Assembly: GCA_024278275.1 (NCBI GenBank)
Contig: JAJRTN010000002.1
Coordinates: 19,993 to 83,992 of the forward strand
Source of the DNA: Candidatus Hydrogenedentota bacterium
GTDB lineage: Bacteria; Hydrogenedentota; Hydrogenedentia; Hydrogenedentales; JAJRTN01
Length of the DNA: 64,000 bases
Direction: 5' to 3'
The notes beneath the pieces are model-generated. The model searched no databases. It saw only the letters and a program-made list of their open reading frames with translations, and was not told where the DNA came from. The position numbers and the translations under genes are program-made. This document shows positions 30,757-40,048 of this stretch, piece by piece. Within the stretch, counting starts at the first letter, position 1; each line of letters starts with the position of its first letter.

Positions 30757-30909
30757 CCGGCACGGGGAATCATAGGGCAAAAATCGACAAGACCCACCCG
30801 TCTTGGATCGACGATCACCAAGCGCTTCACCGGGGAAGATTCGCACCGTCTCACGGGGCGCTGATGCCGGTACCTTCCCCTTCGGACAACGCTTACCCAA
30901 CCGTGCCGG
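30757..30909 (-). ncRNA. Candidate structured RNA of unknown family
   Basis: Nested stems found by eye; two need G-U pairs available only on the minus strand. Confidence 0.35.
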
Positions 30910-30980
30910 GGTTTCTATTCGGTTGTTGGCCTGGTGTAGTACACGGCGCACCCAAAGCAGGCTTAGGTGCGCCCATTAAC

Positions 30981-31027
30981 ATACATTATATTGTGTATAA
31001 CAAAAATCATAATACCATATATAGATA
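30981..31027. promoter_or_regulatory. NrdR-box pair 2
   Basis: ATACATTATATTGTGT (30981-30996) and ATACCATATATAGATA (31012-31027), 31 bp apart, upstream of an RNR gene. Confidence 0.75.
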
Positions 31028-31093
31028 TTTCAAAAAACGCTTGTGTGTGTGAATTTTACGAATAGCGTAAGTGTCGCACGGCGGATAAAGGAC

Positions 31094-31122
31094 TTGCCAA
31101 GACCGTGATTCCCTCCTATAAT
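31094..31122 (+). promoter_or_regulatory. Sigma70 promoter of thyX-nrdJ
   Basis: TTGCCA, 17 bp, TATAAT. Confidence 0.7.
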
Positions 31123-31277
31123 GTTCTTACCTGGCCGCTTCAACGGGGTTTGAAAACAGGTTGGCGGAGGGTTGTATTGGGGACGGCACCCAACGGATGG
31201 TATATAAAGACTATCGGCATACCATGGATTGCGCCGAAAGTAAATTACCTTACAGGAATACGACTAGCGCGAAATCC

Positions 31278-32051
31278 GTGAAACCCAGAGTCTTCCTCGT
31301 GGGGGAAACCCGCGTGAACGAGGATGGGTTGCAGGCCTACCTGGAGCATGTGGGCGCGCCCCGGTAGAAAAGCGACGCCCCCAGCGATGCCGAACGTTTG
31401 TGCGAGGTGATGGGGCGGCTGTGCTACCGGTCCTTCGAACCGGGCATGAACCCCAACGTGACGCGGGTTCGCCAGGGCAACGCGGCCTACCTTCGAAACA
31501 TCATCAACGTGGGCCACGGCAGCGTGGTGGAGCACCCGGTACTTAATTTTATCTTTGCCGACGTGAGCCGCGTGGTGACCCACGAGTTAGTTCGACACCG
31601 GGCGGGTACGGCCATGTCGCAGGAAAGCCTGCGTTTTGTCCGGCTCGACACGCTTTCGGCCTACGTGCCCCTGTGCATCGAGGAGAACGAGACGGGCATG
31701 ACGCTGTTCGCCAAAACCTTCGAGCAACTCGAAGAAGTGCAGAAGACGCTGGCGGAAATCTACGCGATAGATGATGAACGACAGTTCGCGGTAAAGAAGA
31801 AGCTGACCTCGGCTTTCCGCCGCATGGCGCCCATCGGCCTGGCCACGACCATCGGCTGGTCCTGCAACTTCCGTACCTTGCGTCATGTTCTGGAAAACCG
31901 AACGGATCCCCACGCGGAAGAAGAGATTCGCTATCTTTTTGGGGAAGTTTTCGCGCTGGTGCGGGACCGCTATCCCAACCTGTTGGGCGATTACGAAGTG
32001 GAAGAAGTGGACGGGCTGCCGTGGGTAAAGACCGCCCACGGCAAGATATAG
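31278..32051 (+). pseudogene. thyX: FAD-dependent thymidylate synthase interrupted by in-frame TAG at 31365-31367 (pseudogene, sequencing error or readthrough)
   Basis: ORFs 31161..31367 and 31398..32051 share a frame; ThyX motifs GHGSVVEH, SRVVTHELVRHR..SQESLRF, NFRTLRH..R..HAEEEIR are intact. Confidence 0.85.
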
Positions 32052-32067
32052 AAGGGGGATTCATACG

Positions 32068-34170
32068 ATGTTGAAGAGCGAAACCGCGGCATCCAACACG
32101 GGAGACGGGAATATGTTTCAGGTTCGGGAACGATTCAGGCTGGACGAGTCTTTTTTGGCGCAGTACCGGGGCAAACAGCCGGATTGGGGCCCACTGGGAT
32201 ATATCACCTTCAAGCGAACCTACGCGCGCGTGGTGCCGGAGGAGAACGGGCGCACCGAGGAGTACTGGGAAACGGTACGGCGCGTGGTCGAGGGCTGTTA
32301 CACCATTCAATGGAACCACTGCCTCAGTTTGAAGCTTCCCTGGAAGTCCCACAAGGCCCAACGGTCGGCCCAGGAAATGTTCAAGCTCATGTGGGGCTTC
32401 AAGTTCCTGCCCCCGGGCCGCGGCCTGTGGATGATGGGGTCGGACTACATCTACAAACGCGGGTCGGCCGCGCTGAACAACTGCGCCTTCGTTTCGACCG
32501 ATGAGCTCGACACCGATTTTGCCGAACCCTTCTGCTTCCTCATGGACCTCTCCCTGCTGGGCGTGGGCGTGGCTTTCGACACGAAGGGTGCGGGCACGGT
32601 CACCATCCAGGAGCCGCAGGTGGGCGAGTACACCCACGTGGTGGAGGACTCCAAGGAGGGGTGGTGCGACCTGGTGCGGGTGGTGCTGAACAGCTTCGTG
32701 GGCCGCGCGCGCCGGCCCGCCCACATCGACTACGGCAAGATCCGCCCCATGGGCGCGCCCATCAAGACCTTCGGCGGTATCGCGCCCGGTCCCGGGCCGC
32801 TCATCGAGTGCATCGAGAACATGACCAAGATTCTCTCCCCCCGCGCGGGCTACCCCATCTCCTCGACCGACATCACCGACCTGATGAACGTGGTGGGCAA
32901 GTGCGTGGTGTCGGGCGGTGTGCGCCGCACGGCGGAACTCGCCCTGGGCAACCCGGAGGATGAGGAGTATCTCCAGCTCAAGGATCCGAAACTGCACGGC
33001 GACAAACTGACGGCGTGGCGCTGGGCCTCGAACAACAGTGTGGCGGCCGTGGAGGGCATGGACTACGGCGCCGTGGGCGCACAGACCGCGAAGAACGGCG
33101 AGCCGGGCTACTTCTGGCAGGCCAACGCGCGGGCCTTCGGCCGCCTGAAAGACGGTGCCAACTGGATCGACGACAAGGTGGCGGGGACCAATCCCTGCGC
33201 CGAGCAGAGCCTCGAATCCTACGAGATCTGCAACCTGGTGGAGACCTTCCCCTCGCGCCATGAAACCTTCGAGGAATACCAGCGCACCCTCAAGTTCGCC
33301 TATCTCTACGCGAAGACCGTCACCCTCATCCCCACGCACAACGAACGCACCAACGCCATCATGCTGCGCAACCGCCGCATCGGCCTGTCTCAATCGGGCA
33401 TCGTCGAAAGTTTCCAACGTCACGGGCGGCGCGAACATTTCAAGTGGTGCGACAAGGGCTACGACTACATCTGCAAGCTGGACAAGATCTACGCCCAATG
33501 GCTGTGCGTGCCCATGAGCGTGAAGAAGACCAGCGTAAAACCCAGCGGCACCGTGTCCCTCCTGCCCGGCGTTACGCCCGGCATCCACTATGCCCACTCG
33601 GAATACTACTGGCGCACCATCCGCATCGACAAAACCAGTCCGCTCATCGAACCACTGCGCAAGGCGGGCTACCGCATCGAGGAGTCGGTCTATGGTGATA
33701 ACACGTGGATCGTGTACTTTCCGGTGAAAGAGCGCTTCTTCGAACGTTCCAAAACAGACGTGAGCATCTGGGAACAGGTGGAAAACGTGGCGCAAATGCA
33801 ACACTATTGGGCCGACAACCAGGTGAGCGCCACCATCACGTTCAAGCCGGAAGAGGCGAAAGACATCCCCTATATTCTCGAGCTGTATGAAACGCGGCTC
33901 AAATCCATCAGCTTCCTGCCGCTCACCGATCACAGCTACGCCCAGGCACCGTACCAGACCATCACCGCCGAAATGTATGACCAGGCCGTGGCCAAATTGC
34001 AGCCCCTGGACTTCGAGGCGCTTAACACGGACGAGGCACAGGACATTTTCTGTGACGGCGACAAATGCGAAATCAACGTGGCCGCCCACATGCCCGAACA
34101 ACAGGAGATCGCAGCGGAATCCGCGGAAGTCCCGCCCGCCGAGGAAAACGAGGTCGGCGTGCCTTCCTGA
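32068..34170 (+). CDS. nrdJ: Class II adenosylcobalamin-dependent ribonucleotide reductase (monomeric RTPR-like)
   Basis: PPGRGLW, LNNC, GGVRRTAE, NPCAEQ..ICNL, VKPSGTVS, C-terminal CDGDKC; alternative start at 32113. Confidence 0.95.
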   Translation: MLKSETAASNTGDGNMFQVRERFRLDESFLAQYRGKQPDWGPLGYITFKRTYARVVPEENGRTEEYWETVRRVVEGCYTIQWNHCLSLKLPWKSHKAQRSAQEMFKLMWGFKFLPPGRGLWMMGSDYIYKRGSAALNNCAFVSTDELDTDFAEPFCFLMDLSLLGVGVAFDTKGAGTVTIQEPQVGEYTHVVEDSKEGWCDLVRVVLNSFVGRARRPAHIDYGKIRPMGAPIKTFGGIAPGPGPLIECIENMTKILSPRAGYPISSTDITDLMNVVGKCVVSGGVRRTAELALGNPEDEEYLQLKDPKLHGDKLTAWRWASNNSVAAVEGMDYGAVGAQTAKNGEPGYFWQANARAFGRLKDGANWIDDKVAGTNPCAEQSLESYEICNLVETFPSRHETFEEYQRTLKFAYLYAKTVTLIPTHNERTNAIMLRNRRIGLSQSGIVESFQRHGRREHFKWCDKGYDYICKLDKIYAQWLCVPMSVKKTSVKPSGTVSLLPGVTPGIHYAHSEYYWRTIRIDKTSPLIEPLRKAGYRIEESVYGDNTWIVYFPVKERFFERSKTDVSIWEQVENVAQMQHYWADNQVSATITFKPEEAKDIPYILELYETRLKSISFLPLTDHSYAQAPYQTITAEMYDQAVAKLQPLDFEALNTDEAQDIFCDGDKCEINVAAHMPEQQEIAAESAEVPPAEENEVGVPS

Positions 34171-34188
34171 CCTGCACCAGGATACGTA

Positions 34189-34236
34189 CCATGAAAAGCG
34201 GGGCGCTTCCCTTGGGAAGCGCCCCGCTTTTCATGG
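34189..34236. terminator. Bidirectional intrinsic terminator
   Basis: Perfect 23 bp inverted repeat CCATGAAAAGCGGGGCGCTTCCC-TT-GGGAAGCGCCCCGCTTTTCATGG with A/T tracts on both sides. Confidence 0.85.
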
Positions 34237-34311
34237 CGAGTACCAATGAGGAAGGCCTTGATGTACCAAACGCAAATGTTGATGACGAGACCGCCATGTC
34301 ATAAAAACATA

Positions 34312-34808
34312 ACTCGAGCAAGTCGTGCAGCCGCACCACCGTGCCGTCGATGGCCATGAGATCGATAAACGGGGAAAGCCGTCTGCCCAAGGCGCGCGCG
34401 GGACCGGCGCTCTTCTGCAGCACCTCCAGCAGGATACGCTGGAGCCATTGGGCCAGGGCCGGGGTGAAGCGGTCGTAGAAGGCCGAGGGGACCAAGGGAG
34501 TGCCCGTATGAAGGGCGTAGCAACGGCGCAGGCTCGCCAGGGATTTCTCCGCCCCCGCGCCAAAGCCCGGCACCAGCGTCCAGAAAAACGCCATGGCATT
34601 GACCTTTCGGGCGCGGCGGATGAAGCCCGCCTCACGCGCGGTCTGTTCCAAGCGGCTGGGGGAAATTACACTGGACAACACGCGTCGAACCTCGATAGCG
34701 TGTGTACGGGCCATTTGGGCGCTCCTTGTTGCGTTCGTGAAAACACAATTGGAGCAATCATTTGGCCCTCTGTCAATACCTCAAACAGCGCTTAACCGAA
34801 CGCGAATG
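34312..34808 (-). mobile_element. Truncated IS4-family element (left end plus N-terminal ~135 aa of transposase)
   Basis: AREAGFIRRARK..FFWTLV..SAFYDRFT..AIDGTVVRL (first Asp of the DDE triad); end CATTCGCGTTCGGTTAAG resembles IS231-type CAT..TTAAG termini. Confidence 0.75.
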
Positions 34809-35061
34809 CGGGGCATTGAGAATGACGCGAAGCGATGCCGCCGATCTGGCGGCAAGTGTTGGATGCTCCGTTGCCTCTGGCGTTTCGAGGAAAACTACTT
34901 TATTGGTGGTTGGTGACCAAGACATCTCAAAGCTGGTAGGCAAAGCGAAAAGTTCCAAGCACCTCAAAGCAGAACGGCTTATTTCCGAAGGCCAATGCAT
35001 TCGGATTATCAAAGAGAGCGATTTCATAGAATTGGTGAGGCACGCGCAATCAGGCGTTTAG
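34809..35061 (+). pseudogene. 3' fragment encoding a BRCT domain (as in DnaQ-like exonuclease-BRCT proteins), cut by the IS
   Basis: GALRMTRSDAADLAASVGCSVASGVSRKTTLLVVGDQD..KSSKHLKAE..IRIIKESDF; starts exactly at the IS end; lower GC. Confidence 0.75.
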
Positions 35062-35076
35062 GCTGACGTGTGCGTG

Positions 35077-35300
35077 GGCAAGTTATCACCCTAAAAAGGG
35101 CAGTCAAATCGCAGGATTGGTCGTAAGTCGTTGCCGAAAAGTGTTTTACATGCGTCGGTGCATTCACTTCTCGGGTGAGTGGATTTCAACTGTCACGCAG
35201 TTGAGAACAGTCGATATAAGTAATTGCTGCATAGCGAGATAGAACGAGTAGAATCCTTTGCGATAAGGGCGCAACTGCCCTTTTTAGGATCACCGTTGCC
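35077..35300. repeat. Inverted-repeat-bounded element
   Basis: Perfect 15 bp IR CCTAAAAAGGGCAGT (35090-35104 / 35274-35288) with imperfect extensions and internal hairpins. Confidence 0.65.
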
Positions 35301-35387
35301 AAGGCCGCCACAGGAATCACGTCTCTCCGAGGCTTCGTTCCAAATGTGCAGCCTACCGTCGAAGATCGGTCGGGGCGCCGAGGCACC

Positions 35388-36935
35388 TTACTCCCACTCG
35401 ATGGTGCCGGGGGGCTTGGAGGTGATGTCGTAGAGGACGCGGTTGATGTGTTCCACTTCGTTGCAGATGCGGTTGGCGGTGCGTTGGAGCACGTCGGGGG
35501 GAAAGCGGAACCAGTCGGCGGTCATGGCGTCTTCGGAGGTGACGGCGCGGAGGGAGCAGACTTCTTCGTAGGTTCGTTCGTCGCCCTGGACGCCGACGCT
35601 GCGCACGGGCAGGAGGCACACGAGGGCCTGCCAGATGTGGTCGTAGAGGCCGGCCTTGCGGATTTCGTCGATGAAGATGGCGTCGGCCTCGCGGAGGGTG
35701 TCGCACCGTTCGCGGGTGACTTCGCCGATGCAGCGTACGCCGAGGCCGGGACCGGGGAAGGGGTGGCGTCCCACGACTTCCTCGGGCAGGCCGAGTTCGC
35801 GGCCCAGGGCGCGGACTTCGTCTTTGAAGAGTTCGCGCAGGGGTTCGAGGAGTTCGAGGTTCATCTTCTCGGGTAGGCCGCCCACGTTGTGGTGGCTCTT
35901 GATGGTGGCGGAGGGGCCGCCGGTGGCGGAGACGGATTCGATCACGTCGGGGTAGAGGGTGCCCTGGGCGAGGAAGTCCATGTGGCCGAGACGGGCGGCT
36001 TCTTTCTCGAAGACGTCGATGAAAAGGTTGCCGATAATCTTTCGCTTCTGTTCAGGTTCGGTCACGCCTTTCAGGGCGGAGAGGAACATTTCTTCCGCTT
36101 CCACGTAGTCGAGATTAATGTGGAAGTTGTCGCGGAAGACGCGCTGCACCAGGTTGGCTTCGCCTTTCCGGAGCAGGCCGTTGTTGACGAAGACGCAGTT
36201 GAGCTGGTCGCCGATGGCGCGGTGAATGAGCGCCGCGGCCACGCTGGAATCCACGCCGCCGCTCAGTCCGCAGAGCACCTGTTTGTCGCCCACCTGGCGG
36301 CGTATTTTCTCGACCGCCAGGTCCACGAAGGAACCCATGTTCCAAGTGGCGTCGCAACCGCAGATGCCGTGGACGAAGTTTGACAGGAGCCTGGCGCCTT
36401 GGGGCGTATGGACCACCTCGGGGTGAAACTGGACGCCGTAGAGCTGGCGGTCGGGGCGGGCGATGGCGGCGAAGGGTGAGTTCTCGCTTTCGCCGATGAC
36501 AACGAAGCCTTCGGGCAGCCGTTCGATACGGTCGCCGTGGCTCATCCACACCTGCGCACGCGCCTCGATGCCTTCGAGCAGGCCCGTGCCGTCGTGTCGG
36601 GTGAGGTGGGCGATGCCGTATTCCCGTTCGCTGGCGCGGACCACTTCACCGCCCAGGCTGTCGGCCAGGAGTTGGGCGCCGTAGCAGATCCCCAGCACGG
36701 GCACGCCCAGGTCGAAGACGCGGGGATCGGGCTTGGGCGCGCCTTCGGCGTGTACGCTGGCGGGGCCGCCGCTGAAGATAAGACCTTGCGGATTGAGGCC
36801 GCGCAGCTCGTCGAGCGTTACGTGGTAGGGCACGATGAGGCTGTAGACCCGGGCCTCGCGGACGCGGCGGGCGATGAGCTTGCTGTACTGTGCGCCGAAG
36901 TCAAGGACGACGATGGGTCTGCCCATACCTTCCAT
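35388..36935 (-). CDS. guaA: GMP synthase (glutamine-hydrolysing)
   Basis: [43 protein letters not shown]. Confidence 0.98.
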   Translation of the reverse strand: MEGMGRPIVVLDFGAQYSKLIARRVREARVYSLIVPYHVTLDELRGLNPQGLIFSGGPASVHAEGAPKPDPRVFDLGVPVLGICYGAQLLADSLGGEVVRASEREYGIAHLTRHDGTGLLEGIEARAQVWMSHGDRIERLPEGFVVIGESENSPFAAIARPDRQLYGVQFHPEVVHTPQGARLLSNFVHGICGCDATWNMGSFVDLAVEKIRRQVGDKQVLCGLSGGVDSSVAAALIHRAIGDQLNCVFVNNGLLRKGEANLVQRVFRDNFHINLDYVEAEEMFLSALKGVTEPEQKRKIIGNLFIDVFEKEAARLGHMDFLAQGTLYPDVIESVSATGGPSATIKSHHNVGGLPEKMNLELLEPLRELFKDEVRALGRELGLPEEVVGRHPFPGPGLGVRCIGEVTRERCDTLREADAIFIDEIRKAGLYDHIWQALVCLLPVRSVGVQGDERTYEEVCSLRAVTSEDAMTADWFRFPPDVLQRTANRICNEVEHINRVLYDITSKPPGTIEWE

Positions 36936-36938
36936 GGA

Positions 36939-38411
36939 TCACCTCGGCACCTGGTAGTTGGGCGCGTCTTCCGTCATGGTCACGTCGTGGGGGTGGCTCT
37001 CGCGCAGGCCCGAGCCGGTGATTTCAACGAAGCGGGGCTTGGTCTGCATCTCGGCGATGTCCTTGCAGCCGCAATAGCCCATGGAAGCACGAAGCCCGCC
37101 CATGAGCTGGTGCAGGTAATCCGACAGGAGCCCGCGGTAGGGCACGCGCGCCTCGATGCCCTCGGGCACGAGCTTCTTGGCATCGTCCTCGAACTGCATG
37201 TAACGGGTCTTGCTGCCCCGCTGCATGGCCTTGACCGAGCCCATGCCGCGCACGAGCTTGTAGCTGCGGCCCTCGTAAAGAATCGTTTCGCCGGGGCTCT
37301 CCTCGGTGCCCGCGAAGAGCCCGCCGATCATGACGCTGTCCGCGCCGCCCGCGATGGCCTTGGCGATGTCGCCGGAATACTTGATGCCGCCATCGGCAAT
37401 GACGGGCACACCGTGTTGTTTGCAGACGGCGGCCACCTCCATCACGGCGGTAAGCTGGGGGACGCCGACCCCCGCCACCACGCGGGTGGTGCAAATGGAG
37501 CCGGGACCCACGCCCACTTTCACGGCATCAACACCCGCCTCGATGAGATCCCGCGCACCCTCGGCGGTGACGATATTTCCGGCGATTAACTCGACCCCGG
37601 GAAAGGCTTTCTTTACCTGCCGCACGGTTTCGATCACCATGACGGACTGGCCGTGGGCGGAATCAATGGTGAGCACGTCCACTCCGGCGTCGATGAGCAA
37701 CGCCGCGCGGTCGAGTTCTTCCCTGCCCACGCCCAGGGCGGCCCCTACCCGCAAACGCCCCATGTCGTCAATGCAGCGGTTGGGGAAATCCCGGGCCTTC
37801 TTGATGTCCTTAATGGTCAGCAGTCCTTCGAGCTTTCCCTCGGCGTTGACGATGGGCAACTTCTCGATTAGATGTTTATGGAGCAGGCGCTTTGCCTCTT
37901 CCGTGTCGGTGCCGGGTGGTACGGTAACCAGCCGTTCCCGGGGCGTCATCACGGCGGAAATGGGAATCGCGAGGTCTTCCTCGAAACGGGTGTCCCGGTT
38001 TGTCAGGATGCCCACGAGGGTGTTCGTCCTGTCCGTGATGGGCACACCAGAGACATGGTAGCGCGACATGAGGGCTTCGGCGTCCCCCAGGGTGTGATCA
38101 GGCGTCAGGGTGAAAGGGTCCGTAACGATGCCCGCCTGGGAACGCTTCACCCGGTCCACCTCGGCCGCCTGTTCATCGGGGGTGAAGTTCTTGTGAATGA
38201 TCCCGATGCCGCCTTCCTGGGCGAGGGCGATGGCCATGCGGGACTCCGTGACCGTGTCCATGGCGGCGCTGGCCACGGGGAGTTTAATGTCGAGATTCCG
38301 CGTGAGGCGCGTTGCCAGGCTCACCTCGCGGGGAAGCACGTCGGAACGGGAAGGACACAGGAGTACGTCGTCGAAGGAAAGAGCCCTGGAAATTCGGTTC
38401 ATGTCACTCAT
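36939..38411 (-). CDS. guaB: IMP dehydrogenase
   Basis: [12 protein letters not shown] pair, [22 protein letters not shown]. Confidence 0.98.
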   Translation of the reverse strand: MSDMNRISRALSFDDVLLCPSRSDVLPREVSLATRLTRNLDIKLPVASAAMDTVTESRMAIALAQEGGIGIIHKNFTPDEQAAEVDRVKRSQAGIVTDPFTLTPDHTLGDAEALMSRYHVSGVPITDRTNTLVGILTNRDTRFEEDLAIPISAVMTPRERLVTVPPGTDTEEAKRLLHKHLIEKLPIVNAEGKLEGLLTIKDIKKARDFPNRCIDDMGRLRVGAALGVGREELDRAALLIDAGVDVLTIDSAHGQSVMVIETVRQVKKAFPGVELIAGNIVTAEGARDLIEAGVDAVKVGVGPGSICTTRVVAGVGVPQLTAVMEVAAVCKQHGVPVIADGGIKYSGDIAKAIAGGADSVMIGGLFAGTEESPGETILYEGRSYKLVRGMGSVKAMQRGSKTRYMQFEDDAKKLVPEGIEARVPYRGLLSDYLHQLMGGLRASMGYCGCKDIAEMQTKPRFVEITGSGLRESHPHDVTMTEDAPNYQVPR

Positions 38412-38485
38412 GGCGCCTCGAGAAAACCGTTGAATCCCGGCGGATACATGGATCCCGGAGGCTTGCCGCTTCCCCCGGGGCCGGT

Positions 38486-38514
38486 ATTATACGGGTCGGG
38501 TTGACGCCGTTCAA
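38486..38514 (-). promoter_or_regulatory. Sigma70 promoter of guaBA
   Basis: TTGAAC, 17 bp, TATAAT. Confidence 0.65.
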
Positions 38515-38619
38515 AAATCCGAATGGAGTGAACATCCTGGATGAGGTGTGTTTGCCCACTGGGTCTGTCAATCCACCCCCATGGCGCATAACGTTAGCGG
38601 CAGCCCTTCCCCCCAACCC

Positions 38620-38646
38620 AAACCGTCGTTCCCGCGAAAGGGGGCT
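38620..38646. repeat. Half copy of the GTCATTCCCGCG-type palindromic element
   Basis: AAACCGTCGTTCCCGCGAAAGGGGG resembles the left arms at 49468 and 54874. Confidence 0.5.
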
Positions 38647-38822
38647 TTAGAATGGGTAATTCGGGTTATGAACAAGCCTTAACGCTTTTCATGGACCGTC
38701 ATTGCGGGGGGAGGATGAAGGGCCACGGTTATTGCAACGCGCCCGCTTCCCTGTTAGGATGGAAGCCGGGTGACGCGCGTCCATTCCGGGGAGTGGGGCG
38801 CCGCCGCCGGGAAGGACTCGTC

Positions 38823-39446
38823 ATGTATGAGGAACTTCAGAAGACGATCCGGGAGTTGGGGGATAGGAAAGCGGGGTGGGTGACCCGGCGTGACGCGGCC
38901 GAAGTGCTGGGTAACCTGGCCCGGCAATCGCTGGCCGCCCTGGACGCGCACCGGGCGGATAATGATGTTGACGTGCGCATGGCCGTGGCGCGGGCGCTCG
39001 GCAACATCAATTCGCCGCCGCCCTCCGAATTGACCGACCGCACCTACAGTCTGAAAGAACTGGTGGATGGCTGTGCGAAGCCGGGATCGCGTACGGTGGA
39101 ACCTCACGGCAAGGGCTACGCGATTCGGGTGAACATTGACGACGCGCGGGGCCAGGCGGTCTACGTGATGCCCCACAAACGGCGGGATGGAACCAGCCTC
39201 GTGCGGGTTTACTCCTATTGTGGCAAGCCCACGGATGAGGTGTTGAATTGGGCCATGCGGAGCAACGCGAAGCTGGTACATTGTGCTTTCGCGGTGGAAC
39301 CCAATGGGGAAAAGGATCAGGTCGTGTTGGTCAACAACTTCGTTCACGGCAAGGCGACTCCGGCCATGGTGAAAGCCTCGGTAAAAGAGATCGCCTTCTA
39401 CGCGGATTGGCTGGAAAAGAAACTGACGGGGCTTGATGAACTATGA
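38823..39446 (+). CDS. HEAT-repeat protein with C-terminal YbjN/chaperone-like domain
   Basis: WVTRRDAAEVLG, DNDVDVRMAVARALG; RGQAVYV..VYSYCG..AMRSNAKL..EIAFYADWLEKKLTGLD. Confidence 0.6.
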   Translation: MYEELQKTIRELGDRKAGWVTRRDAAEVLGNLARQSLAALDAHRADNDVDVRMAVARALGNINSPPPSELTDRTYSLKELVDGCAKPGSRTVEPHGKGYAIRVNIDDARGQAVYVMPHKRRDGTSLVRVYSYCGKPTDEVLNWAMRSNAKLVHCAFAVEPNGEKDQVVLVNNFVHGKATPAMVKASVKEIAFYADWLEKKLTGLDEL

Positions 39447-40048
39447 ACACGAGTACGCATTACGCGCCGGCCCGCTGTAGCGTTTCAGGATGCGAGGCTT
39501 TCGCCTTGACGGGCGCGGACACGTGCTGGACCCACCTCCCGGACCGGGATGGGTGGCGCGCCATGCTGGCGGACCTGGATCTGAATGCCGCGTGGCTGGC
39601 CGAAGTGGATTTGTCGGGACGCGATCTTTCCGGCTGGGATCTGCGGTCCGCGCGGCTCTCGGAGGCGTGCCTTCGTGGCGCGAACCTATCGGGCGCCGAT
39701 CTGCGCGACGCCTTTCTCGACGGAGCCAACCTGGTTGATGCGAACCTGGAGGACGCGAACCTGGAGTTCGCCATCCTCGGAGGCGCCGACGCTTCAGGCG
39801 CCTGTTTCCGAAATGCCAACCTGCAACGTTCCAACCTGGTGGGAACACGCGCGCACGGCGCGGATTTCTCGGGCGCCAACCTCTACTATGCCCGGCCCGG
39901 CAACGCCGATTTGGAAGGCGCGAACTTCCATAACGCCAGGATCCAGCGGACCATCTTTCGGCGGGCCAATCTCAAGAACGCGGATCTTTCGGGCGTGGAA
40001 GGCAGCGCCAACTTTGAAAACGCCAACCTGGAGGGCGCCGCTCGATGA
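39443..40048 (+). CDS. Pentapeptide repeat protein with N-terminal Cys/His motif
   Basis: A(D/N)LxG repeats; CSVSGC..CWTH. Confidence 0.9.
   Translation: MNTSTHYAPARCSVSGCEAFALTGADTCWTHLPDRDGWRAMLADLDLNAAWLAEVDLSGRDLSGWDLRSARLSEACLRGANLSGADLRDAFLDGANLVDANLEDANLEFAILGGADASGACFRNANLQRSNLVGTRAHGADFSGANLYYARPGNADLEGANFHNARIQRTIFRRANLKNADLSGVEGSANFENANLEGAAR

Noticed and set aside
30757-30909. Cobalamin or c-di-GMP riboswitch upstream of nrdJ
   Set aside because: GGGAA and GGGCAAA are present, but the remaining conserved cores (B12 box, GAAA/GACGCAAAGC) were not found
30640-31060. AT-rich region as a replication origin
   Set aside because: No cluster of DnaA boxes; the palindromes fit NrdR boxes next to an RNR gene
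31365-31367. Genome-wide TAG reassignment
   Set aside because: TAG ends several full-length genes in the window (etfA, the porin, thyX itself)
31549-34101. 850 aa minus-strand ORF and similar long antisense ORFs (3579..5285, 43587..45671, 47148..48710, 59792..61504)
   Set aside because: Expected from high-GC codon bias opposite well-supported genes
34073-34311. C-terminal part of the 213 aa transposase ORF
   Set aside because: Read-through into unrelated DNA and the terminator after the truncation point
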